DNA of 58,544 nucleotides, counting the filler, from Sphacelaria rigidula (taxonomy: Eukaryota): assembly GCA_964200075.2 (NCBI GenBank). It is 7 parts of 7 records of this genome, joined end to end, with 100 filler letters (N's around TTAATTAATTAA, not from the genome) between each part and the next. Parts side by side here need not be neighbours in the genome. Positions count along the whole stretch, not along the records: positions 33,513 to 41,790 come from CAXNAA020011677.1; positions 41,891 to 50,167 come from CAXNAA020011678.1; 5 more parts are not named here. One strand, given 5' to 3'. Below the pieces are notes generated by a model. The model was not told where the DNA came from. It made no database searches and worked only from the letters and a program-made list of their open reading frames with translations. Below are positions 34,708-46,238 of this stretch, one piece after another. A program made the translations under genes and the position numbers. Position 1 is the stretch's first letter, and each line of letters starts with the position of its first letter.

Positions 34708-37700
34708 TTAAAAGAGTGGCTTGTATCGACGCGGTTGGGGTGGGGTGAGGAAACTCGCCGGCACCGGAACCGGGGAAGGCGGGGGAAGGTCAGGTCCAGA
34801 AACAGCGGCGTGCGCGGCGGCCTCCGCTGCTCTGCGACCTTGCGTTCTACTAGCAATGAGATCGCGTACTTGTGCAGAGAAAACAGATGGGGAGACGGTG
34901 AGTTCCGGGTCAGGGGCAGTATTGATGCGGCGGCCCGTCACTCTGAAAAGGTCATATCCGGATATGGTACTTGGGTTGGTGTTGGCACTTTTAAACACCG
35001 AAAGAAAAGATCTGGGGGGCAAGCCACGTAGCGCCGTCTTCGGGGCAGAAGGTGCCAGCCCACTCATGCTTAAACCCGTAGTCTCATCGGAGACGAGAGG
35101 CGTCCAGAGACCAAGGTGACCACGGCAATTGATCAAGTAGACGATATCCTCCGTAGGGTCTGTTATGCGTCCCGCGGGGGAGGAATCAATCGGTGTGGCA
35201 GGTGTCGGCAATCGCGAGAGGAAGTCAGCGTTGGCGTTCTGCGGACCGGTCCGATACTTCAACCGAAAGTCGTAAGAAGATAGAACTTAAAACCGACGCT
35301 GAACTCTCGCATTGTGCTCCGCCATTTTCGCGGGGATTTCCAACGATTTGTGGTCGGTCAAAATGACGAAAGGAATACCGTACAAATAGTTACGGAGACG
35401 CCGAACACCCCAAACAACGGCGCCCGCTCCTTGCTCCATAACGCTCCAATTTTGTTCGTTAGGGGACGTTGTGCGGCTCAGAAACACTATGGGGCGGATG
35501 GATTTATCCGATTGCTCCTGCTCAAGTGTACAGCCGAAACCGATCTTACAAGCGTCAGTCTGTAGGCGGAAAGGCCGTGAACCGGCCTCGGCGGCATCCC
35601 AATCAGGGTATACAAGGATCGGAGTGCTAGACAATTGGGCAAGGAGATCGCGGACTGTCTCTTCCATGGATTTGGTGAACTCGAACTTCACCTCTCGTTT
35701 GAGAAGAGTGGTAAGGGGTTTGAATGTGCGCGCGAGATTCGGTAGATATTGGCGGTAATAGCTGAGGCCGCCGAGCAGCGAGCGCAATTGAGGGACATCT
35801 TTGGGCATGGGCATCTTTGCAAGAGCTGAAACTTTGTCGAGGGTGGGGTTGCGACCCTCTGGGATAATGTAATGCCCCAGAAATGAGATAGTAGTGGCGC
35901 CAATCTGTGATTTCGATGGCGAAACTTTCAGATTATGCTGCTCGAATCGGCCAAAAAATATCGCTTATTGCTCTACGTGCCCCGCGGGGTTAATATCCTG
36001 AATCACGGCATCGTCCAGGTACATCTTGCAGTTGGGAAGCCCATTGGTGACGCGAAACATGACTCGTTGAAAAGCCCCGGGAGCACCAGAGGCACCTTGT
36101 GGTGTCACTAGCCACTCATAAAATCCAGACGGGTGCAACTCGCCATCATCTCAATGTAGTCGGGGTCCATTACCAGTTGATGATATCCCGACTGCATATC
36201 AAATGTAGAAAATATTTTACCTCGTCCAAGGGAGTCGATGATCTCAGCTATACGGGGGAGCGGAAGGCGGGGAACTGTCGTCACCGCATTCAAGCGTTGA
36301 TAATTGACATTGAGGCGGATCTTGCCATTTTTTTTTGAACAACAACCAAGGGGGAGGCCCAAGGAGAGGTCGAATGACGAATGATCCCCGCCGCTAAGTA
36401 GCTATCTATGATTACTTGTACTTTATTAGCAAGCAGCGGGTTCGTGCGATAAGGGTGTGTGGCCCGGTGGGGTGCGTACCTTTCGGCACATTGATTTTGA
36501 ACGGAGCCGTCGTGCAGCGACCCAAATCAAGAGGTGAGGTGGAGAATCGCGCGGCATAGCGAATCAGGACATCGCGTGGTTTGTCGATGACCGCTGGAGT
36601 CCAACCCTCACCGTCCAGATTGAAGGTGATGCGACGAAGGTATGGGGGAACGTCATCCCATAGTCGCACGAAACTCGCCCGCTGCTCAGGCTGTAAGCGA
36701 TCCAACAGTGTTTGGGGAATTTCTGGTTCCGCGTCTTCATCAGACGTGGTCACCACCATTGGGTCAATTGATCCCGGTCCATCACAGTCAGCATGTGGCG
36801 CGAAGTCAGGCGGAATAGCGGTACTGTTGCGGGGGCAAATATCCGACATGGGAGCACGTAGTAGGGGAGCGGAGGCATACCCCAACAACTGATTGGGTAC
36901 TAAATCAACGCACTCTGGAAACGCCAGTAAAATTTGCTGGCGTCCGTCCTTAACGAAAGCATCCTCCTGTCCAAACATTCCATTTGTCGAACCATCGCAG
37001 TGAAGGAAATCTACCAAGTACTGTCCTGTGAGTGCTGGCAGACCATTGCGCCGCACCAGATTCACCATCACTGATTGGGGTTCATGCGATAGTGACGCTA
37101 CTGTCTCCCCCACATAAAACAACTTGAAAGCGGTTTGTGAGGCAGAGGAGTCGCGCGTGAAAGCCTGGGCACCGGTTCGGCCGTCAAGATGGCCCAGCTG
37201 CAATTTGCCCTTCGTAGGTGAATGCGGTGGCGGAGGTTCGGTGGTGTATGTATGTGTCGAAAATCGCAACCAGATATCTCTGCCTAGCAGGACATCAAAC
37301 GCCATGGCAATTTGTGGGACAATCAAGGCCCAAACAAAACGTTGTGCCGTGGGCTTCGCATCATTGAAGAACTGAACACTTAAACGCACGGCCTGGGTGG
37401 CACTCAAAGTAGGACCGGACCCGAAGCCGCCGAAAGTGCGGGGTGGGACAGCGGACAGACATTTATCATCTGCCGCGCCGGTACGAATCATGTCTTGCCA
37501 GGAGCTGTCGGTGATAAAAGTGTGTGGGGAGCCTGAGTCCGGGAGTGCCAGGGTCATAAGTTGACGACTTGCACAAGACCCACTATGAAGTCCCACTCTG
37601 ATTGGAAAAGACGCATCGTCTAAGGTGACAACACCACTCTTGAGATCCGGACCAAACTCTGGCAACGAATCGATATGTGTGCTACGTACCTTATGGACTA

Positions 37701-40700
37701 TATTATTCAGATACACTTTGGGGTGGTCGTGTGGGGCCTGGGGATGGGGACACTGGTCTTGGCTGGTCTCCAACGTTGGGGCTTCAGGGCTACTTATCTC
37801 ATAGACCGCTATGGGCGAGCGACTATTAGGGGTGGCCGTCGCGGTGGAGGCGCGGCCGGCTGTGATGTCGGCAGGGGGGGCATGCACTACCGGCTTAGTG
37901 GATGTTACAAGTGTAGGGTCAGTAGATATGTCAACCCTGCACCGCGAGGTGCCTGCCGAATCATCTACAGTAGGGGGCAAAGGGGACGACGATTTATCGT
38001 CGTCGGACGCGGTTCCGGTGACCGCATCAGCGGAACTCACGTCGGATACATCAACACATGCATTGTTCACAGACATAATCTCCACGGATTTATCGGGAGA
38101 CACGTTGTCGGGGGCCAAAGTTGGCATTACAGGGGACGAATCGTCTGTGACCCGCCTGAGACTGTCGTGGTGTGGGGTCGCCAGTGGCGGACCCGCACGT
38201 GTACGCGGCAACGAACCGACAGCAGGTAGGGTGGACTCGTGGCTCAACACGTTCCGCCGCGACCTCTTTGTTGTTGCTGGCTCAGGGGGCAAAGGGGGGA
38301 CAGAGGGCGGTAGCGGCACATCCAATGCCTGAGGCGTACCGTCGTGGCCTGTCGCTGTTGGGAAGTTCGCGGGAGTGCTCCGTGACGGTGCGAGCTCTTG
38401 GCTTACCGACGGGGTCACTGCCGGGGGTCCTTCTTCAACCCGTGGAGCAACGGAAAGCGAGGGTTCCCTGTGGTCATTATCCACAGTGGAATAACTATGC
38501 TCAACTACATTGGGGCCCGACGCCACTTGGGTGTCTGGGCTAGCATGTACCCTACGATGGATGGTCGCAGGGGAAGCAACACGAGGACCGGGAGACAGCT
38601 TCTCTCTCGGCACGTGAATACCTGCAGGACGTGGCCTCCCCCTCTGGTTTAACTGAGAGGAAGGTAGCTGTTCACGGATTGAGTTATGAAGTGGTATACT
38701 AGAGTGATCATATCCAGTGGTCGTACGACACAATGCTTTACCGTGAGAGCTATAACCACGAGGGGTTTCGCGGGATCTTGCCTAAGTGGGACCCGTGACC
38801 CAGGACTGATCGAACCCATTGTACCCACACCACAAGCTTGAGCTAGCGCCGGACGATGATATCTCAGGTTCGGGGTGTGGGGGCAGTGACCGCGGAAAAT
38901 TCACGGGGACCGCACCGTCTCGGTGTTCGGTCAATATATTAACGGGGACCGCACCGTCTTGGTGTTCGGTCATTAGACGTGTAAGACGGGATTGCATTCG
39001 CGTGGAATGCTGTAGCACCGGAGACTGGGGGAAGATTTCGCCAGTCTTTGGTGTAGGCTCATGCCTCGAGACACTATACGAACTATCAAGTACAGGGACT
39101 GAAACCGAATTTTGCGGTGCAGTCATGGAAGGTGGCGTTCACCAAGCGGTACCCTTGCGAGCTTTACTCGATAGCGTCGAAGGGTACACGGCGTATCGAG
39201 GAACCAGTCAGGTGGTACGCGTGGCGGGGTGCGCTGTGTTATTTAGCTGAGTCTGTTGCGCTGGAGGGCCATGAGGGTCTGGGGGCGAGGCGCGTCTAGC
39301 GTCTTGCGAAGGTTGTGTCGACGTCTGACTGTTCAGAGGTTGGCTGGGTGGGAGTGCTAGTTGATTGGCGTTGGGGTTTTGGGTATGAGCCTGCGACGCT
39401 TGACCATGTGCTTGATTGGTCAATTGAGCAGCGTGTGGGCTGTAACCATACCCCTGAGTCTGGGGGCCGTATGAGGGGTGGTGACCTCGATAGTTGTTGT
39501 AACGGAGTTGGTTTGTGCGAGGGTAGTGGTTGTGCGGAATGTGCGTGTTCTGTGAGCGACTATCACGGTTGTCGCGGTACGAGCGCATGCGGGCCTGCCA
39601 TTTAGGCCAGCAGTGCGCGTACTCCGGTTCGAAAAACGCCCTGTTCAAGAGACCCGACGAATTTGTGAAAGGCGCTTGACACTGGCGCATTGAATGCGCA
39701 GCAACTCTACCATCCGAAGTGCAGCCCGTTTGGGGATTAAAAACCAACCCGCAGTTTAAATAACTATCCTTGAACCGGCGAATGAGATCCGACCGCGCGG
39801 CGGGATCTATGTCTGAGGCCCACAATGGCGGATCATGGTTGTGCATCGACATACTGATGTTGTATACATGTTGCCAGGTTTCATGAGACAAGGGCCAGCT
39901 AGGGAAACGGCTAGCGAAGGGGTCGCGGTAGTCGATTGAATTCACTGCCATTACTTGACCGGTAGGCAACATGGACTCCGGTATCCACGGGCTTCTCGCA
40001 GCTTTGGTGCGTGAATCGTCCGTACGGGGTGCACGAAGATCAGGGTATGTGTGGGTGTCGATATGTGGGCGGGATGCGACACTACTTGAAACACTAGGCG
40101 GTGCTGGGGCCTGCTCGTAAGTACCGGGGCTAGAGTCGTACGGCAAAGCGGGCGTGCGGTTTGCACGTAGACTATGAAGTTTTCTCCACATAATTTCAAT
40201 GTCAGCAAACGGAACCGAAGCGGTGGCCGCCTCGTTGGCGAAAACGATTGGCATGAGGGCGAGAAATTGTCGACTCATGCTGGATTGGAATACACTCATG
40301 AACATATCCTGGGTGGGCGCAAGCTCTCTCCCTCCATCAACAGTCACTGTGACTAGCTCACGGAAACCGCGTAGATATTTGTTGAGCGGGGTGCCTTCGG
40401 GTACGTGGTACATCAAAAGCTGTTCGAAAGATTGGCCGTCATAGCTGGAATCTAGGCTGGAACTCAGTAGCCGGAGGAGGAGAGAGAAAGCATCAAACCC
40501 AGTGGTACCCAGTGATAGAGCGCGAGAGACTTGTGCAAAATGGTCGCCGATCATACCAATCATGTCAGCCGCACGCGGGGAATCCTGTACGACGGCATTC
40601 CCCCGGGCCCGCTGTAGTGGTCTGGTCCAACCGTCGACCCAAACACTTGTCTTCCTGTCTACGAATTGTTCGCCGCAAACTTGCAGAATGTTTAGCAGCG

Positions 40701-41717
40701 TATCCGTAATGGACTTACGCAGCTGGCTACAGGATGTGCTTACGTTCGCATCCTCGTGGAAGGGCAGGCTTGGATGGATCGAGCCTACTTGTCTCCGATG
40801 AAGCTGGAGGTAAGCGCGTTTGACGTCGCTTATCTCTTTCGGGCTACGGTTTGTGGTCGTTGGTGCAGTGGCTGCAGGCAGTGACGGCTGGCCGCCGAGG
40901 GTGGCTTTGGTGGTCGGATAAGTCGGGTCAGTGGTTTCCAGAGTCGTCTGCCTTTGCTCAGTTTTCGCGGAGAGCGTGGTGTGACGTGCCCGGGCAATGG
41001 TTGAAGAGAGTGGGTGATCGGGAGAGGCCTCACCCGAGTCAGAGTCTACGTTAGCTGTCGATATCCAAGGCGTTTCTGTTTCGGTGCCATTATTGCGCTG
41101 GTGGGGTGAGGCTCGACCCGAACCTACTACTTGCCATGTACCTGGGGGATGGGCGTCTGTGCCAAGACGTCCATCCGAGAATCCACTGCCGGACTGCATG
41201 TTACCTGTACCTTGGTTGGCATCGGCCGGGGCACCCCGGGAGGACCCTAGTCCTTGGACTCTCTGTCTACCGTGTAAATTGTCAGTCTCTTGTCCTGTGG
41301 GCGGATTGAACCGAATGCGTCCAACTGCCCGAAAGTGCTCTGCGAGGGGTTCTACTAGACCCCACCGAAGCCGGGGGTATTGGGAATCATGGCGATTTTG
41401 CATGATCAGGTCAGATGCACCCTTCAAAGAAATTTCTTGGTGGTGGGGCATTTCTGACTGGAGTGATAACGCCTGATCCACAATATTCTCTGCGAGGCGT
41501 TCATGGCCGAAAACATATGTGACTCAGTCGGAGAATTCGGAACTGAACTTCGAGAGCGGCATGTTGGAGAGTTTCTTGATGTGGGCAAAGTTCGGTCCCG
41601 GATCATCCGACTGTGCGGTTGTCTGAGGCGCGAGGTCCGTTGGGCCCAACCCAAGTGGCCCTGCTGCCGCAACAGTCGATGACGACATGGACTGTCGACG
41701 GCGAGTAGCTTCCACAA
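34708..41717 (-). mobile_element. Decayed Ty3/gypsy retrotransposon: gag-like (41715-39208), protease (38733-36412), RT (about 36410-35820), RNase H (35814-35200); integrase missing
   Basis: Protease ALPDSGSPHTFI and DVLLGRD. RT KNGKIRLNVNYQRLN, FDMQSGYHQL and MYLDD (about 36010-36024). RNase H LQTDACKIGFG, ILTDHKSL and YRTGPQNANADFLSRLP. Degenerate knuckle YLNC...HSMRQC. Confidence 0.93.
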
Positions 41718-44202
41718 GGTGCGCCGGGGGGGGGGGGGGGGCTGGGGGGGGGGGGCGGCGGCAAAGGCGCCGGTTGGGAGAGGGGGGGGGNNNNNNNNNN
41801 NNNNNNNNNNNNNNNNNNNNNNNNNNNNNNNNNNTTAATTAATTAANNNNNNNNNNNNNNNNNNNNNNNNNNNNNNNNNNNNNNNNNNNNTAGGGATGCG
41901 AGGTCAATGGTCTGACGACTATGGCAGGCATGATCATGAGTACACCCCCCCCTGTATATGAACAGGCGACTAATGAACGCAGTGCTTTTGAACAGTAACT
42001 CGTGCAGTTATTCAACATAGCACCGAAGAAGGGAGAGGAGAGGGTGGAGATACATGTATAAAGTAAAGGTTTCATCGCACACACCATGCGGCCCTATACT
42101 GTAACTTTGTCGACCCCTTGCCCGACGAGACTGTGGTTGCGACCATGGGTCTTTGAACTACACGTTACCACCTGCCCCCCTATCCTGGAAGATGGCCTCG
42201 GGGATCAGACACGTTACTATGTATAAGCCGCAAAGAACGTATCAGACACGTTACAATTTATGTACAGGTTGGACAACAATAGGTACAGTTGACCGATCGA
42301 TAGTACCCGATTCATCCCTTCGATCTTCACGGCGGGTAGTCTATTAAATCGGCATCCGTTTTACGTGAAGGATGGGTCTAAGATTCAAATTGCCCCACCC
42401 TGGCGGTCGGAGGGTTTGAAGATGTTTTTTTCCTTGAGATCAAACTAGTTGGCGAAAGAGTTTGCTTCAGCAATTTGAAGAATTATCTTTCCGAACGTGT
42501 GGCGGCAGCTACACACATACGCCCGATGTATTCTGAATGCATGATGGGTGGGAGTGCTTCTTGTATACCATGAAGACCGGAACTTTTGAAAAATGGCTCT
42601 GACTTCCAACACGTCTCTAGCTTGCTGATATTATTGTTTTCGCATCTGAGGGATACGGTGCGTGGGCAGCACGAGAGTGCCCCAGTGTGGCAGCTCCGCT
42701 TACCCCGTAAGCTGCTACCCTGGCCTCGGGATAGTTTTGCCGGCAGATAGTCCAGAGACATTCAGGGGTTTCTAGCGGGCGAGGGAGTGGTTTTTGAAGG
42801 AGAGGGGTGGGTGATTGTTTCTAGATCAACCAAGGAGTTCACAAAGTCAACCGTGCGTATTGGGGAGTGTTCAGAGAAAAAAGTTGAGTCGGGCGCCACG
42901 CCCGAATAGAGAGATGTGATCATTTTGCCTGTTTTGATTGGTGAACTTGGTCATTGTGGTCATTATGTCCCCCGAGAGATAGCCTCGAGGTCACCACTCA
43001 AACCCCGTACAAGAGACGTTTTTGACCATCGAGGTACCAACCACGTAACCATTGAAGAATCTCGAGACGAGGGAGCTTTATTTCTCTTTTCGCTTTTTGA
43101 GCAGCCCTTGCTTTCTTGCCTGGTGTTGCGAACTATTGTAGCTGTACATCGAGACCCTCGCCGCATACACTGCTGTCTGCGGCGGATAGTGATGGCACAT
43201 ATACTGTTTGTGCTCTTGTTGTCTACAATTCAGTCGTTGATAAAGGGTGGACTTGTACTGTCTGTATTGCGTCATCACGCGTGCGGTACGGCTGTAGTGC
43301 AGTAGTAGCGCAGCACAGTAGGAGTACGGACAGACTGTACGATATAGTATAGATGACACAACGAGAATCTGAGTGCAACATGATACGGCTAGGCCGTGCT
43401 TCTCTACTGTGCAAAACCATGTCCCGTGTTCGGTGCTTTATCACCTTGTCTCTTGTCGATTTTCTTACATAATAACGAGTGATTCCGTTTTTTTAGCTTG
43501 GGTATGTCGATCTTGCTGCTTGTGCCCACGACTGTATATGTACCAGATCAGGTCATGTGCGACAACAATGGAATTCATCAATCAATCGTACCCAGCGTTA
43601 CCGTACATACGATCAGACCGAGCTCCCCAGCTCAGCAGAAAGCTCTCCCCACCTTCTGAGCTGACTGTCTCAATGTTGTGCCGGGTCACCTAGCGTGTAC
43701 CCAGCACACATGGCACCGTGTGGTCAGAGAGTTTTTACGTACCCCTTTTTGTCTGCTGTGCTACACGGACTGTTTATCTGAGTTATAGCTCCTGTTGCGC
43801 GTTTAGGGCGTGCTGACTGTCGCCACGGCATAATCGTCGTTTTTGGACTTCCGTTTAGTGCGGAAGAGCGGAACAAGCTGACACAACAACTCGTGATTTG
43901 CTTGCTGGTCGTGCCTGTCTGTTGTTGAGCTTGAGTGCTGACCTCCGTTCGTCGTTCGCGTGCTCTTCCTTCTCTCGACCCGTTCCGTGTACCATCGGTT
44001 TGTTGTGTCTCCGTTCCCGCGGGGGGGGGGGGGGGGGGAGCGGAGCCCGGGGGGGGAGGGTTTGTGGAAAAAAGGGGGAAACGTAGTTTTGTTTTTTTTT
44101 TTTTTGTGTTTTGTTNNNNNNNNNNTCGACCGTCCTTCCGCGTGTCTCGTTGGTGGTGCTGTTGGCTTCCGAATGGGGGGGGGGGGGGGGGGGGGGGTAC
44201 AG

Positions 44203-44234
44203 GCACAGTGGAGGAGAAGATGTATGAGAAACAG
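44203..44234 (+). CDS. ERCC6L: ERCC6L/PICH-like SNF2 translocase, short internal exon (5' boundary uncertain)
   Basis: Encodes (G)TVEEKMYEKQ, the segment after SNF2 helicase motif VI. Acceptor TACAG| and donor CAG|GTGAAA. Upstream sequence is low quality (poly-G, N gap). Confidence 0.7.
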
Positions 44235-44727
44235 GTGAAACTTGATTTATTCTTTATTTTTGTGTGTTATTTGTTTTGTCGCGACCGCTTCGTCTTCTTT
44301 TGTGCAGTGTGGCGTTTTCGTTTGTCTGATCCGAGAAATGAGGTATCATCACTCGTTTTTTTTTCGCCTGTTTTGTCGTAACCGTCACTAGCTTGTTGTT
44401 TTGTACTGATTTTTCGTTTTGCCGGTTGCGTGCCTGATGCGATTTGGTGATGCATACTTGAAGTGGTTTCTAATTCGCCAATCACGCGTATCAGCCGAAC
44501 AACACACTTTTCTTCCGGTCGCATGTTTGAAAGGAACCAGAGTTATTCTGATCGTGTTTTTTTTCATGAAAGTGTCTCCTGTCTCGCAAATCTAGTGATT
44601 ATCGCATAGAGGTCTCTGTTGTTGATCGCAGTTTCCCCATGCTGTATATAGAGTTGGGTCTATGCAATTCATATGTCTTTCTACTCTCAATTTTTGTTGT
44701 TTCCCCGTTTGTTCGTTCTCTCTCAAG

Positions 44728-44853
44728 GTTTTCAAAGACGGGCTGCGACGGACGATCATGGGCGGAAGCGGCAAGCGGAAAAAGAACGTCCGTTACTTCA
44801 CCAGGAGCGAGCTCCAGCAGCTCTTCACGCTCTTCCCTCCTGGAGAATGCCGG
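44728..44853 (+). CDS. ERCC6L: ERCC6L/PICH-like translocase, internal exon
   Basis: Pyrimidine tract then AAG|, encoding VFKDGLRRTIMGGSGKRKKNVRYFTRSELQQLFTL. This matches the VFK...RYFSxxELxELF motif of PICH/CHR24. Donor CGG|GTAAAA. 126 bp, phase 0. Confidence 0.85.
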
Positions 44854-45658
44854 GTAAAACAAGGGAAATCCCATTAGTAACAAGGAGATACGTAGATCTC
44901 CGTCTTCCCTTCCCCCCTCCCCCCTCCCCTCGTTGCTTGGGTCTGAGAAGTAATAACATGCACCAATACCGAATGATGACTGCAGCAGCAGTAGCAGCAG
45001 CAGAAGGAGCGGTAGTAGCAGTAGTAGCAGCAACAGCTGCCGTGAGTGGACCGTATGCAGATGGACACTCATTTGGCGGACTGATTTTTTTGCCTGCGCC
45101 TTTACTTTCATGAGTGATTTTCAGGCAAATTCGCATACCTCTCATGTTTCCCTCTAAAAAACAGTAGTAAGAACTACGTATCCCGACAGTCCTCAGCCAA
45201 GTACATGAAGACTAGTGTTATCTCGTTCGTGAACTCGAGTTTTCATGTCTGATTACGACTGACAATATTGAATACGTGGATGTGGAGTCCCCTCTCTTGT
45301 GAGGGTGTGGTACCTCTGCTGCGAGATACGTAAACCCCGTGCCGTAATTTCGATAGCAGTGTTCAAAGATGCAATCAACCAAGGTACCTATTTGGTGGCG
45401 TCTGGTGCGTAGCCCGTACTCTGTACACAAAATTGATGAAAGTCAGTAAAATGAACAGGACTCGCCCAACGTTGAAACAGAACCTGATCAATGTTGGTTT
45501 TGATCATTCCTCGGTGTAGCAATGGCACATATTTTTTCACGTGTGACACGACAGGCACCTTGAGGTGCCAGCAGTCTTGATGCACGTGAACATACTCGAA
45601 CATGCTGAACCACTTTGCTTTTCTTTTTGTTACGTGTCCTACTCTGTGAATTCCGCAG

Positions 45659-45798
45659 GTTTTGGACCAGCTGGACAAGATGCACGGTACCCTTAGAGGA
45701 AGGCTAAATGCGACTAATTCGCAGTACCAGCGCACACTTGCTGTCCGCGGCGGACATGTAGACTTCCTATGCGCTCTGTCGGGAGTGTACGGCGCTAG
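45659..45798 (+). CDS. ERCC6L: ERCC6L/PICH-like translocase, internal exon (absent from the ORF track)
   Basis: CGCAG| VLDQLDKMH...GGHVDFLCALSGVYGA |GTAAAT. Resembles the QLxxLH...HIxYL...GISDH segment of PICH. It ends in phase 2 and joins the next exon in frame. Confidence 0.8.
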
Positions 45799-46238
45799 GT
45801 AAATACGACGAGACTTTGCCACTACTTGGACGATCTATTTGTGGCTACATGTTTGACGTGATCGTGAAGCGAGCCTGCCCCCGTACTTGTACAGGTATAC
45901 TTATACGTATATATGTACAGCTTTCAACTACCTTATCACGGTGTTGCCCCGAAGTCCATCGTGCCAAGAAGACCCACTTCATTATACGTGCCAATGAAAT
46001 CCGTGAAGCCCCTGTTGCACGCGCCACTTCCTTTTTTCTCGTACTACAGAAACGTTCAATCTGCAATATAGTGCACTTGAAGGGAAATTTGCTGCCTTTT
46101 TTTTGTGCGGTGATGCATTTCGGTCCCAGCTGCAGTATCATACAGGAATCATTTTCCTTACGCTCGCACCCCCCCACCTTCCCCTCGTGCCTCTCTCGCG
46201 CCCCCTTCGCCCGTTCCATATGCGATCAAACAAAACAG

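Noticed and set aside
564-41717. Joining the chromodomain tail (564-1225) and the gag-pol (34708-41717) into one element
   Set aside because: They may belong to related families, but they lie on different scaffolds separated by artificial linkers.
42916-43305. HIRAN-like motif GHYVPREIA, or upstream helicase exons
   Set aside because: It is a single short match with no supporting context, and no SNF2 motifs could be read reliably in 41891-44110.
43724-44206. Pro-rich and Gly-rich ORFs around poly-G tracts
   Set aside because: They derive from low-quality homopolymer sequence flanking an N gap.
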